This document shows positions 31,084 to 44,435 of a stretch of DNA of 64,000 nt, piece after piece. The stretch lies in assembly GCF_009914755.1 (NCBI RefSeq), contig NC_060936.1, one strand, 5' to 3'. Both the position numbers and the translations under genes were made by a program. Numbering within the stretch: the first letter of the stretch is position 1; each line of letters begins with the position of its first letter. The DNA is from the human T2T-CHM13v2.0 reference genome, Homo sapiens. The notes under the pieces are model-generated. The model was not told where the DNA came from and did not search any database. It saw only the letters and a list, made by a program, of their open reading frames with translations.

Positions 31084-34000
31084 GAGCAGATATTTAGAAT
31101 TAAACTTACTAAAACTATCAATAGCTAAACTAAATTATGAAACCATGTAGACTATGTACAATAAAACAATGAACTGTAGAAAAGAAGACAAGATAAGAGA
31201 AAGAGAGAGGAGGGAAGGAAGGTAAGAAGGAAGGAAGGAAGAAGAATGAAAGGCAGGACCAATGAGCACTGTTGAAACCCAGGACACTCTAAGCCTAAGT
31301 ATAAAAGGTGGATGCATTCATTTAGCACTAAATGATAAATAAGACCATTTGGTAATTATGGTGCAACAGAGACACTCAATGAGTAAAGCAGAATCCTGAA
31401 GCATATTTGATGACTGATTGATGACAAGATTTGATTAATTCTTTGTCTCATTCTGCATGTCAGGAAGAATCTCTTGCCTTTATTACTTTGAATCAGCAGC
31501 AGCATTCAGCTCAGAAGGAAAATATTATGGCTTACTAAATAAAGCAGCTCATGCTAGCGATGGTCACTTAGCCTGCTATCACACCATTGAGATTTTTCTA
31601 CTTAGAAAACCACAGTTCAACAATGATTTATGGAGCACCTTTCAATTGCCAAGCACTGTGCTATAGGATGAAGAGAAACAGGAGCAAATAAAACACCATT
31701 CTTGAACTCACAGAGCAAAACTCCAGCTTTATATTGTTCAATGACAAAGATAGCACAGCATTTTATCATTGAATTCAAAATCAATAGCATAACCTAAAAT
31801 TCACCTGCACATTTACTGTGAATATCAGTTTGTTCAATGCCATGATTCCTAAGAGTTTCCATTCATATTATAATACATACTTACTAAATCAAGTGTCATA
31901 TTCTATGTATTTAGAAAATATTAACTGATAAAAAATTTAAAGAAAGTTCCTAGCAATACTATAACCTCAAGCTATAAAACAGGTTTCTTGAAGACTTTAA
32001 TACATAATTTGTTATAAAAGTAAACCAAACAACATTTCAATCAGTAACGTCATTACCCTTTTTCATTCTCTAATATTGCTTGAAGCCTAATGTTAGAGGA
32101 AAAAAAAAATCAATCGTGTCAAAGTAAAAAAAAAATCCAAATTTATATAAGATTACTCCTGACAGAATATTCATAAAACAATCACATTTAAATCCTCGAA
32201 ACATTTTGTTTAGGAAGTGTTACTTTAGCTGTCATTTTATGTTTTAGAAGCAGAAAAGACAGAAGGATTTCATAAAATCCAGTTAGCAGCATTATATTTT
32301 AGAATATAAAAAGTTATGCCTGCCAAATTGCATGAGTTAGTACTAACATCTTAGGAGATCTCCCAATACATATGTCCTAGTACTACTAAAATATGAACTT
32401 GGAAAATGCCCCTATTTTACCATCTTTCCAAAAGCTGTGAATGACAGAGAAATCAGATGTCAAGATGAGAATAATTTACTAGCACAGCAAAGATCCACAG
32501 GAAGCAAGTATATATGTGAGTATCAAAGAAAACTAGACACACATATACACATACAGAGAGTAATACCATCTTACATGTGTTTTCTACAGCTGTTATTTTG
32601 AATTAATTACAGAGAACTAACAAAACTGTGATAGGGATGTGCAGAAGGCTTGTTTTCCTTTCTTCCCAATTTCAAATCTAGTTCAGTTGCACAAACTGAA
32701 CTTTGTAAATTATACAGTGGATTTCTCCCACTCCTCTTTAAATTAATCTTGACAAACAGATTCACATCCACTAGCTGTTGGTATCTAGAACCCAAAAATG
32801 TAGTTGGGATGCCCACCTAACAATAATATTCCTCACATTCTTTCTATATTGGTACCAGGACTATGCTTCTGCCTTGATTTACCAATATGTATTCTAGTTC
32901 ACACTTTGGTTCTGGAACATGCCCTGAAGCCCTGGTGCACTTGCCTCAAACATTGTCATCCAACCTAACCCTTCTTGACCTTCTCTCACCATGGGCTAAA
33001 CCCTGAGCCCTTTTCTGTCTTATCCTTTTGCTTTTCTTAAAATTGGTTCAACTACCTGAATGACAATGCAGACAGATGCCTCATTCCAAACTTTATTGCA
33101 TCTTCAAAATTCTGGCATCCCATGCCCATGAACTACTCAGTGAATTAACCTTGCCAAGTAAGATCTGCTAGAATGAGGGCAGGTTGTGAGATGCACAAAT
33201 GCAAATTCAGATATAAATACTTTCACTCATGATTCACGTGATCTTGAAAAAACTATTCAATCTTCTGCAGCTCACTTGTAAATAATTATAAAACCTTCCC
33301 TGATTGTTGCTGTGAGGACCATAAAAGAACCTGTCCTTTAGAAGGCCCATTAAGTAGATGACTCATTATTATCATGATTATTGATACTAGTTTTTCAGAA
33401 CGTGAGCATACTTCTTTGAATACTGGATTGTATAATGCTTATCAAATTTCTGGGTCTACCAGAGGTTCAGGTTATTGCAAAGAATCTGATGCTCCCATGT
33501 CAGATTTCCTTTCCTTCACACCCACTAATAAGGTACCAATCTGTTCAACCCAAAACTGAGCCATGAATTTATAATCTAACCTTGTTAGGTGTTATCTAGG
33601 TACTTCCTCAAACAAAATTCTACTGCATGAAGTAATTGTAAACTTTGACTTTTGCCTTATTTTCTATCCTTTCTTTCCTTCATGCACTCTGGATTCCTGG
33701 GGATCAGTGAAATGTCAAAAGTAACAATAAAAAAAATAACTGGAGACAAGAGATATGATCCCTCAACTCTTTATTCTTCAACCTTACTGAATTCAGTTTT
33801 TACAAATCAATAAAACTTTCTAATTTCTCTAGACTTTGAAGATTGATTTCTATATTTTTTTCACACAATACTACTACTCCAAAATACAACTTCATAAGGA
33901 GGCTAGCTTATCTTCATGCAATTCAAGAACACCTTATCAAAAAGGTATGCAAAATTGCCAACCTCTTTTCTAACCAATAGTTAGAAAATATATGTGACAT

Positions 34001-34476
34001 AATCAAAATAAGCTAACAAAAAAAAAAAAAAAAAAAAAAAAACCAACCCCAAACCGAAACTGTAAGCACTATCCATCAAAATCCCATTTAAAATGAGGTA
34101 GGTGCCAGAGAGGTAATGCCTGCCTAGTAGGAAGACAGTGAACTCTTGAGTCATATAGACTGGAGTTTGAAGCCCAGAATCACCACTAGCTAGCTAGTTG
34201 TGACTCCTTGCAAAACTATCAAATCTCTGGGTCCTAGTTTTCTCATATGACAGACAGGTAACAACCACATTGAAGGAGACTTCTAAATGTTAGAAATAAA
34301 ACTCTCAAGTACTTGCACATAGCAAATACTCTACATGCTGTAGGACAAATTTCGTGAGCAACCCATGCCATTTTCTACTGGTTCATGCTAACACTCTCCT
34401 CTGTGGGGTCAGAAGAGAGTTCTTTCTTTATATTAACATAAATTTATTTTCCACTAGTCCTTCCCATAATGTGGGT

Positions 34477-34681
34477 TAGTGATGTATCAAGGGTGGGGCA
34501 ATGAAGCTGTAACCAGTACAGGCAGTAGAGGGGTACACTGTCTGTACAGAACTCAAATATAGTAATATATCTTATGCATATGCAACCTACATTTTAATAT
34601 CACCGTACACTAGCAATTCTAAGCAATGTCCGTGATAAATTCTTTCCCACTCTACTACCTCCTGCCCTTGCTAAGCTACTG
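34477..34681. mobile_element. Probable small hAT-type DNA transposon remnant
   Basis: Imperfect terminal inverted repeats tagtgatgtatcaaggg / cccttgctaagctactg; family uncertain. Confidence 0.4.
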
Positions 34682-35190
34682 TTTTTTTGTATTTCTGTTT
34701 CTCCTGCTCCCAGCCCCCAACCTTTTAATTGCCCACCACTGTGAAACTATTTTAGAAATAGCAAAGTGTGTTGTCTACAATAGAATAATTTCACAGAAAT
34801 AGATGATAAAATTTTGTTCCTACAAAAGTTTCTAAGTTTCGAAGAAAAGTTATATGTTTCAAGAGAAAATTACTAGTACATCATCAGGAGGAAAATATTT
34901 AAAGTTGTTTTCCTACTATTAATAATAGTTTTGCAAAAATTCATTGCTGTTGCATCACTCAGTTCTTTCAGTTTTCACTGTGTGTGGCTAAAAGTGCACA
35001 CTGTAACCAAGCAACATAACTATGAAACTGCCCAATACCAATAGAGTGTCAATATTTGGCAAGATTAGTGCTAGTCCTGACGATGAGGCATACCTGAAGA
35101 GTTTCCTTTGACTTTGAAATGGAGAGCTCTGAAAAAATTTATCTGCAGCATAACAAACTGGCAATGAAATCACAATCATAAAGTATGTAA

Positions 35191-35535
<345 letters not shown>

Positions 35536-35959
35536 TAAACGTACAAAAATGAGAATCAAATCTTAACCAAATAAATGTTTATAACAGTCTTCTTAATATT
35601 CCTAAAAGTTTGTTTTCTAAACAAACTTTTCAGTTTCGATATGATAATGTTCCATGTGAAAATGAGTTCAGTTTTGATATGATAATGTTCCATGTGAAAA
35701 TATTTATAGAAGGCAGAATGGCTTTGTTTTTATTAGATTTATCCCTACTCAGCACCACAGAGTTTAGCTTTCCACTGATTTGATGAATGAAAGTACTTGG
35801 GTGCCACAACAAAAAGCATTATAAAAAATTCTAGACATGTATATTCCATTTTCGAATAAGAAATGGGATTAAGGAAAAAAAAAACTTTATAGTGTTGCAT
35901 GTTCTGGCCAGATGTGCTTCCTGAAGCAACATAGCAACATATCCAATGCAATGATGCCA

Positions 35960-36291
<332 letters not shown>

Positions 36292-36729
36292 TAAATGTTT
36301 TACAGAGTCATTTCAATTGTTCAAGTATTTTTAAGTAAAAAAAATAATCTGTATGGGGCCTGTTGATAAAGGAACTTACTGATATTGATCTAGCCTCCAA
36401 AATAAGTAGTATCAAGAAGCCCACTTTAGCCTTTAAGATTAGCTTATGATAGGTAGATAGCTCTTTAAAAATTTTTTTCAAACAAGTTTTAGATTTAGAG
36501 TTGAGTTTGGGTTGGAGCGAACAGGACTGTCTGGACTGAAAGAAGTATCCTGGGGTTATCCTCAAATAGAAATGAACTACAAGAAAGTGATTTTCATGGG
36601 CTTTGTAAATTTGAATACATACTTTTTTCTTCATATCTCTTATAACTAGGGCAATTACTACAACAATATGATGACAACAATACGATGAGCTTAGACGTAT
36701 TAGAACTTTGAGATTTTTCAGAAAAATAA

Positions 36730-36920
36730 TAGCTAGCATTTATTGAGGGTTAACTACATGAAATTCAGTTAACCCTCACAGCCACTCTATGAAATAATCA
36801 TTGTTATTCATATTCCTATTTTACAGAAATGAAAACAGGTTATGCTAGCAAGAGGCAGATCTAGGATTTGAACTGTACAATTAATGCCAGAACCCAAATT
36901 CTTTGCCACTACTATACAAT
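36730..36920 (-). mobile_element. MIR fragment
   Basis: agcatttattgag...cctattttacagaaatgaaaacagg...ctaggatttgaact. Confidence 0.55.
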
Positions 36921-39227
36921 GCCTCAATTATCAGCAACCACTTCTTTGAAATTGGGCTGACTTTTTCGCAAACATTTATTCCTTATTGAATTTCTTATTC
37001 AATAAGGAAGTTACTGCCCACTTACTGTCTCTCCTATTACCTTCTCTCATACTCCCTTTCTCTTAAGATATGAAGAAAACAAGCTGTTTGTGCTTCTAAT
37101 CTTGATTTTGCCCTTCCTCCAAGTAACTACAACGAAGATATAGAGTTCAGCTGAGACAAATTCGGTAGAGGCAATACAAAAGCATGTTTTCTTATTCCAG
37201 AAAGCCTGGTCCATCTGTTTTATCTGATGATTGCTGTGTGACTCGTGGAGAGAGTAAGATCGCAAATTGATAAAATCTGAGAGAGACAGATGTGAGGGTT
37301 TGCATTCCAGTTTGTCACATTCTGTATTTAAAGTTCTATTTGTTCATTAGGTTTTAATTTTGATAAGAAATTTGGGAGAAAAAAAGGGTAGAAAATCGTG
37401 CTCCAAATGGCCGTCTAATTAGTCTGTATTTATTCAATGGCCACTCTGTGTTCAGACCTATAAAAATATTTTAAAATTATGTCTCTTTGAATAAACAAAT
37501 CATACAAATAAACAATTAAAATGACATCCAGGGAAATTAGTATAAGCTCACCTGGACTCGCTGGATGAGAGTTTGGCCTTTTTTCAAAGGATAAAAATGA
37601 CAGTCTGTAGACCTCCAAGTTTCTAACACACTCAATTTTCTGATAAAAGCATAGACCAGGATTTCATGTTGACATGAAATTCTAGTGCCTTAGCAGGGAC
37701 TCGGTGTGCAACAAAATTTGTGATCTGTTTTCCCCCTTCATCTGCCAATCAAAGAGATGTGGAAAACTTTATAGATATTTGTTCCTTAGTTACGGGGATG
37801 GGGAAGTGGAGTGTCATAACACTTGAGAGACATAGAGGACTAAAAGGCAGAAGAACCAAATTGAAATTTATGATTCTGTCTTCAGACACTTACAGTGTGA
37901 GCTGCTGGGGATATGGAAGTATATATTCTACAAGTCTGTAAAAGTGAATAAACCCAGTTCACAAATAATAATAATTGAAATAATTATCATGCTACCTAAG
38001 AAATTATCTTAGATTTCATAACAGTATGTAATTTGAAATGAATCTGACATTGTCCTTATTAATGATAATTGAAGTATTCAATGCCAAAGGTTGGAGATTA
38101 CTAAATAATCTCCAATTTTAGGTAGACAATTGTATTCAAATTTTAATATCTAAAATTATTTTTAATAAGTAAAGACAAATAAAATAACTACAGGGATAAA
38201 AGTACAGAGTGTGATTAAAAATGATGACACCAAGGTCAATAATCCAGAAGAGACCATCAGTGTTTATTACACTATAACAAAGCTCCTTTATGAATATTAT
38301 TCTTCTGTCTAGAAAATAAAACTTTTCACTATTTCAAATTATAGAATGTATCTCATACTCCAGAAAAAACACAGCACTGCTTATCAAAAAAAAAAAGATC
38401 TAAAAATTAGGTTTGTATTTCAGAGAATATTTGAATAAAAATTGGATTTGGGTTGATTTAGAATGCATCTGTCTCATCTGCTCACTGTGTACCTGAATCC
38501 ATAAATCTGTCTACTGCAGCTAAACACAATATTTTACGGATTGAGACAATGAATGAAAAGTAACAAACTAACAATCTGGTTTCACAAACAATCAAGCTGG
38601 TATTTTCATGTAAATATCTACATCAATAATAACTAAACTAACGGAAGTGTATAATATTGAATACTACGAACCAGGCCTAAAAATAAGTTCCTTTGAAGGA
38701 AAAGATATTAAAAGGCTATGAAAACAATTTTGTTTAGTATTTAAATGTGTCTTTTCTTAACTCTGCATAATTTCTAATTGGATTCATGAGTAAAAAACCA
38801 ACAACATTTTTATAATTTTTGATTCCATTATTTTTTTCTGAGAAGAAACAAGAAGAGATAAAATTTTAAATTGCAATTCAATAAGTTATTTCTGTGAATT
38901 TAATTGCAATGTTTGACTCTCAGCAAAATTGCTGAACAGTTCACAACAGTTGCCTGTTTCACACTCTTTCTCTATCCCTGTGCTCCCTTGCATCTGGTCT
39001 AAGAGAAATGTTTTACCAAATTAATGTAGAGGACAAAATAAATTCAAGAAAACTAAGTATTTGGATTAAGCAGAGCTAGCTAGAGAATCAATATAATTGT
39101 TGTTAATGATATCTTACATTGTAATTTTTCACCCTTTTGATGACGTCAAGCTTTACTTGTCAATTCAGATTCAACATGAGCATAACCCGACAGTGGAAAG
39201 GTTATGATAATTAGGCCCCTAAATTGA

Positions 39228-41179
39228 TGCAGGGATAGTTTAACATACGCAATTCAATAAATGTGATACATCACATAAACAGAATTTAGAAAAACATACG
39301 ATCATCTCAATAGATGCAGAAAAGGCATTTAATGAAATCCAGCATTGCTTTATGATAAAAATCCCTCAACAAAATAAGCATGCAAAGGACTTACCTCAAA
39401 GTAATAAAAGCCATATATGACAAGCCCACAGCCAAAAGCATACTGAATGGAGAAAAGTTGAAAGCATTCCCCCTGAGAATTGGATCAAGACAATAATGCC
39501 CACTTTCACCACTTCTATTCAACATAGTATTGGAAGTCCTACCCAGCGCAATCAGACAAGAGAAAGAAATAAAGTGCATCTAAATTGGAAGAGAGGATGT
39601 CAACCTGTTGCTGTTTGCCAGTGATATGACCGTATATCTAGAAATCCCTAAAAACTCATCTAAAAAGCTCCTAGATCTGATAAACGAATTCAGTAAAGTC
39701 TCAGGTTACAAAATCAATGTACACAACTCAGTAGCACTGCTGTACACTAACAGTGACAAGCTGAGAATCATATCAAGAACTCAATCCCTTTTACAACAGC
39801 TGCAAAAAAGAAAGAAAAGAAAATACCTAGGAATATGCTTCAGCAAGGAAGAAAAAGATCTCCACAAGAAAAACTACAAAACACTGCTGAAAGAAATCAT
39901 AGATGACACAAACAAATGGAAACACATCCCATGCTCATGGATGGAAAGAATCAATATTGTGAAATGACCATACTGCCCAAAGCATTCTACAGACTCAAAT
40001 GCAATTCCCATCAATACCAGCATTATTCTTGACAGAATGAGTAAACACTATCCTAAAAATCATATGGAACCAAAGAGAGAGCTCACATAGTTAAATAAAC
40101 ACTAAGCAAAAAGAACAAATCTGGAGGCATCACATCACCCAACTTCAGATTATACTACAAGGCTATAGTTACTAAAGCAGTATGGTACTGGTAAAATGTA
40201 GGCACATAGATCAAGGAACAGAACAGAGAACCGAGGTGTAAAGCCAAATAGAACTAACTGATCTTTGAGAGCGCATAAAAATAAAAACTGGGGAAAGAAC
40301 ACCCTATTCAATAAATGATACTGGGAAAACTGGCAAGCCACATGTAGAAGAATGGAACTGAACCTCCATTTCTCACCTAATACAAAAATCAACTCAAGAT
40401 GGATCAAAGACTTAAATTGAAGACCTGAACCATAAGAATTCCAGAAGATAACATCAGAAAAACTCTCTGGACATTGGCTTAGGCAAAGAATTCATGACTA
40501 AGAACCCAAAACCAAATGCAACAAAAACAAAAGTAAACAAATCAGACCTAATTAAACCAAAAAGCTTCTGTACAGCCAAAGAAATAATCAGCAGAGTAAA
40601 CAGACAACCCACACAGTGGGAGAAAATATATGCAAACAATGAATCTGACAAAGGACTGGTGTCCAGAATCTACAAGGAATGCAAACCAATCAGCAAGAAA
40701 AAAACAATGACCCCATCAAAAAGTGAGGAAGGACATGAATACACTGTTCTCAAAATAAGATATCCAAACAGCCAACAAACATATGAAAAAATGCTCAACA
40801 TCACTAATTATCAGAGAAATGCAAATTAAAACCATGATGAGATACCACCTTATTCCTGCAAGAACAGCCATAATTAAAAAGTCAAAAAACAATAGATGTT
40901 AGCATGGATGTGGTGAAAAAGGAACACTTTTACACTGCTGGTGGGAATGCAAATTAGTACAACCACTATGGAAAACAGTATGGAGATTCCTTAAAGAACT
41001 AAAAGTAGAACCACCATTTCATTCAGCAATCCCACTACTGGGTATCTACCCAGAGGAAAAGAAGCCATTATATGAAAAAAACACTTGCACATACATGTTT
41101 ATAGCAGCACAATTTCTAATTATAAATACATGTAACCAACCTATGTGCCCATCGACCAACAAGTAAACAAAGAAAGTGT

Positions 41180-41226
<47 letters not shown>

Positions 41227-41606
41227 CATGGAATACTACTCAGTCATTAAAAGGAACAAAATAATGTCTTTTGCAGCAAATTGGGTGCAGGTGGAGGTAT
41301 TTATTCTAAGTAAAGTAACTCTGGAATGCGAAACCAAATATCTTGTTCTCACTTATACGCAGAAGGTAAGCTATGGTAACACAAAGGCATAAGAATGATA
41401 CAACGGACTTTGGGGATTTGAGGGGTGAAGTTTGGGAGGGTGGTGAGGGATTAAATACTACATATTGGATACAGTGTATATTGCTCAGGTGACAAGTGCA
41501 CTAAAATCTCAAAAATCACCACTAAAGAACTTATCCATGCAACCAAAATCCACCTGTACCCCCCAAAAAACTATAAAGAAATAAGCCTGGAAGTCAGAAA
41601 AAAAAA
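39228..41606 (+). mobile_element. 5'-truncated L1PB-like element (~2.4 kb; decayed ORF2 and 3'UTR) with internal (TA)n at 41183-41221
   Basis: ORF2-like peptides 39608..39967 and 40494..40829 with stops/frameshifts; L1PB-type 3' end; ccct(a/g)aattgatg on both flanks. Confidence 0.9.
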
Positions 41607-43085
41607 GTTCCCTGAATTGATGATGCCACCTTAAGCCAGCAACAAAACCATCCACAAATGCAGCAATCAGTGCTCTTATCTTAGTATTTTAAGTTAAAAG
41701 TGAGGAGTTACTGTGATTCATTATAAAAACCAAATTAAATTCAGCAATTTGTTCCAATTACCTTGAAATATCATACTTATTATGTATTATGGAAGGGCAT
41801 CTTTAAAAAAAAAAAGCTAAGTTTGATAATTCCACAAATCTTCAAATGTACTAATAAATATGCCCTCTAATGCATTAGTTTGGGTGGTTTGGTTGATGAT
41901 AGCCCAAGGTTTTTGTTTATTTTATTCTTTTGCAGTGTCATCAGAGGGCATAATGGCCAGATGGGCTAACTTAAGAAGAGTCTCCCCTGAGGCATGCTGA
42001 AGATGAGCAGGATCAAAGACCAAGGTGTGAATATTGCAGAAGTTTAGCTGACTTGTTAAAAAAGGAATATAGCTCCAAACTACCTTTCTGTGTTTTTTCT
42101 TTAGTTGAAAATACACAATCCTTTATGGTGGAAGTGGGGGAAGAAGCAGGAGAAGACAAAAAGTTCTGAAAGGTCTGTTTCCAAAGACACAGCTGGTTTG
42201 ACATGAGCTTTTACAGGAAACATGAAAATAGCTGATAAAAAGGTTTCACAGGTGAAAACTGACAAGGACTTATATCTATTAAATTAGTGAAAATGAAAAA
42301 GGAGGGGCACTATTCAGAAAGGGTAAGGATATGGTAAACATCCTGCACAGATTTGGGGAATATAAATTCTTAGAGTATTTTAGCATTACAATTTAGAAAT
42401 ATCTAACAAATTGTGAAATACGTATATCATTAAATCCAATAACATTATTTCTAGGAAGTAACTCTACAGATATGCTTGCATATCTATACACAAATGCACT
42501 AATGAAATGCATAAAATGCCATGTACCATGTATTTACATTGCAGCTTTGTTTATAATAAAAAATGTATGTCACTAAAGCATGTACTAACAGGAAATTTTT
42601 AAATTAAATGATGTACAATCATATAATGGAAAACTGTTTACAAAAAGGTAGTAGTGACATACTAGCATATACACACAATACATTTAATGAACAAAACATA
42701 CAATGCAGTGTATTGCACATAGTGTGATCCCATGATTATAAAAAAATAGTAATAGCAGATGTTAGCTATTATCATACACAAATTACACCGAGAGTAAGTT
42801 GATAGGTTAGAGTAAGCCTTCTGTAAAAATGCAAACAATGATTTCAGAGTGAAGAAAAAATAAATAAGATGTCATTAGGTCATGGAAGAGCTGGAAGATT
42901 GAATTGAATTATATCCTTTTACAAATGGACTTCAGAATATCCAATTCATGTGAACTACAGGAAATTATAGTTTAGATATTTTAAATGATTTGCCTGTCAC
43001 CGTATAACACAAGGGTGTCATGACCAAGCTAGATCTCTTTACCATATCATTAATAAAAGTCAAATTTTAAATTTGTGCCCAATTT

Positions 43086-43375
43086 GGCTGGGTGTGGTGG
43101 CTCATTCCTGTGATTCCAGCACTTTGGGAGGCCGAGAAGGGCAGATCACTCGAGGCCAGGAGTTCAAGACCAGCATGGCCAACATAACGAAACCCCTCTC
43201 TACTAAAAATGCAAAAATTAGCTGGGCGTGGTGGCACATGCCTGTAATCCCAGCTACTCGGGAGGCTGAGGCATGAGGATTGCTTGAACCCAGGAGGCAG
43301 AGGTTGCAGTGTTGCCAGCCTGGGCAACAGAGTTAAGATTGTCTCAGGAAAAAAAAAAAAAAAAAGAAAGAAAGA
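43086..43375 (+). mobile_element. Alu
   Basis: Dimer with deletion in right arm; degenerate TSD aaatt(t)gtgcc(c)aatt. Confidence 0.95.
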
Positions 43376-43763
43376 AATTGTGCCAATTGCTCTTAAGAAG
43401 TCCTTCAGGGCAAAGATATATAAATACATTTAAAGATACATAATACAATGATTATTATTGCTAGTTGATTTGGATTCCACTATCCAAAAGAATAAGTTAA
43501 TATCCCTGTATTTTACTTATAAACATTATATTGTAGTGAATAATAGTTAAATGTATAACTGTAATATATTTTAAGGACATTACATACATTTATAATATGT
43601 CTTTGTATAAAAACAACGGAATATATGCAAATAATATTTTTTCATATCCTTTACAAATAATAAAGTTTTATAGAAATTATCTTAGGTCTAGTTAGATTAA
43701 TTATGTTGTGAAACTTAAACTATATTTCCCCAGGCCCCATTTGTAAATCAGAACTGGGTTCTT

Positions 43764-43842
43764 TTTTTTGAGACAGAGTCTTGCTGTCGCCCAGGCTGGA
43801 GTGCAGTGGTGCGATCTTGGCTCACTGCAAGCTCCACCTCCC
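43764..43842 (-). mobile_element. Severely 5'-truncated Alu (AluY-like), ~79 bp
   Basis: Perfect TSD cagaactgggttctt at 43749-43763 and 43843-43857; carries ctgcaagctcc variant. Confidence 0.9.
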
Positions 43843-44435
43843 CAGAACTGGGTTCTTATAAAAGCCTCAAGAAGCCAGGATTGGGGCAAACTGTACCCCA
43901 TAAGTTGGGGCTCCACTTATAGAATAACTAGCATTTCTTCCTGCACAGGCAGTGCTATAAGTAGGAAGTGTGCAGCTAAGGAAAAGAATCCTAAGGTTTG
44001 TAAGCAACAGAAAAATATGACAAGTGTGATAGAGTTAAGACTGTCATTGCTTCAGGTACTATAGAATGCCATTTGCTCTGATTAGCCCTAAGAATTTTCA
44101 GCAGGAGAATGAGAGCAAACAATAAATGTGATTTATTGGTACCAGATTCTGAGAATGTTTTATACTGATAGACTCACACCCAAATATTGCTAGATTTGCA
44201 CCGCTGACCGAACGTACTGGATATCTGTTATATATACACATACATATTCTTCACATGCTCATAAAGCAAAACAAAAAAACAAGACAAAAACTGAAAGAAA
44301 TTTATAACATTTCAATACCACAAATCAGTATTTCTACATGTAAAATATAACCAGATATATCAAGTAATTTTTTTTAAGTTATAAAGAAGGTGCTAAGGGA
44401 TATCCATTTACTTACCTTATTTCTTTATCAACTAT

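Noticed and set aside
34018-34042. A25 run without an attached element
   Set aside because: No TSD or SINE body; simple homopolymer.
39391-40829. Reverse-transcriptase-like ORFs
   Set aside because: Broken L1 ORF2 remnants with stops and frameshifts in a 5'-truncated element.
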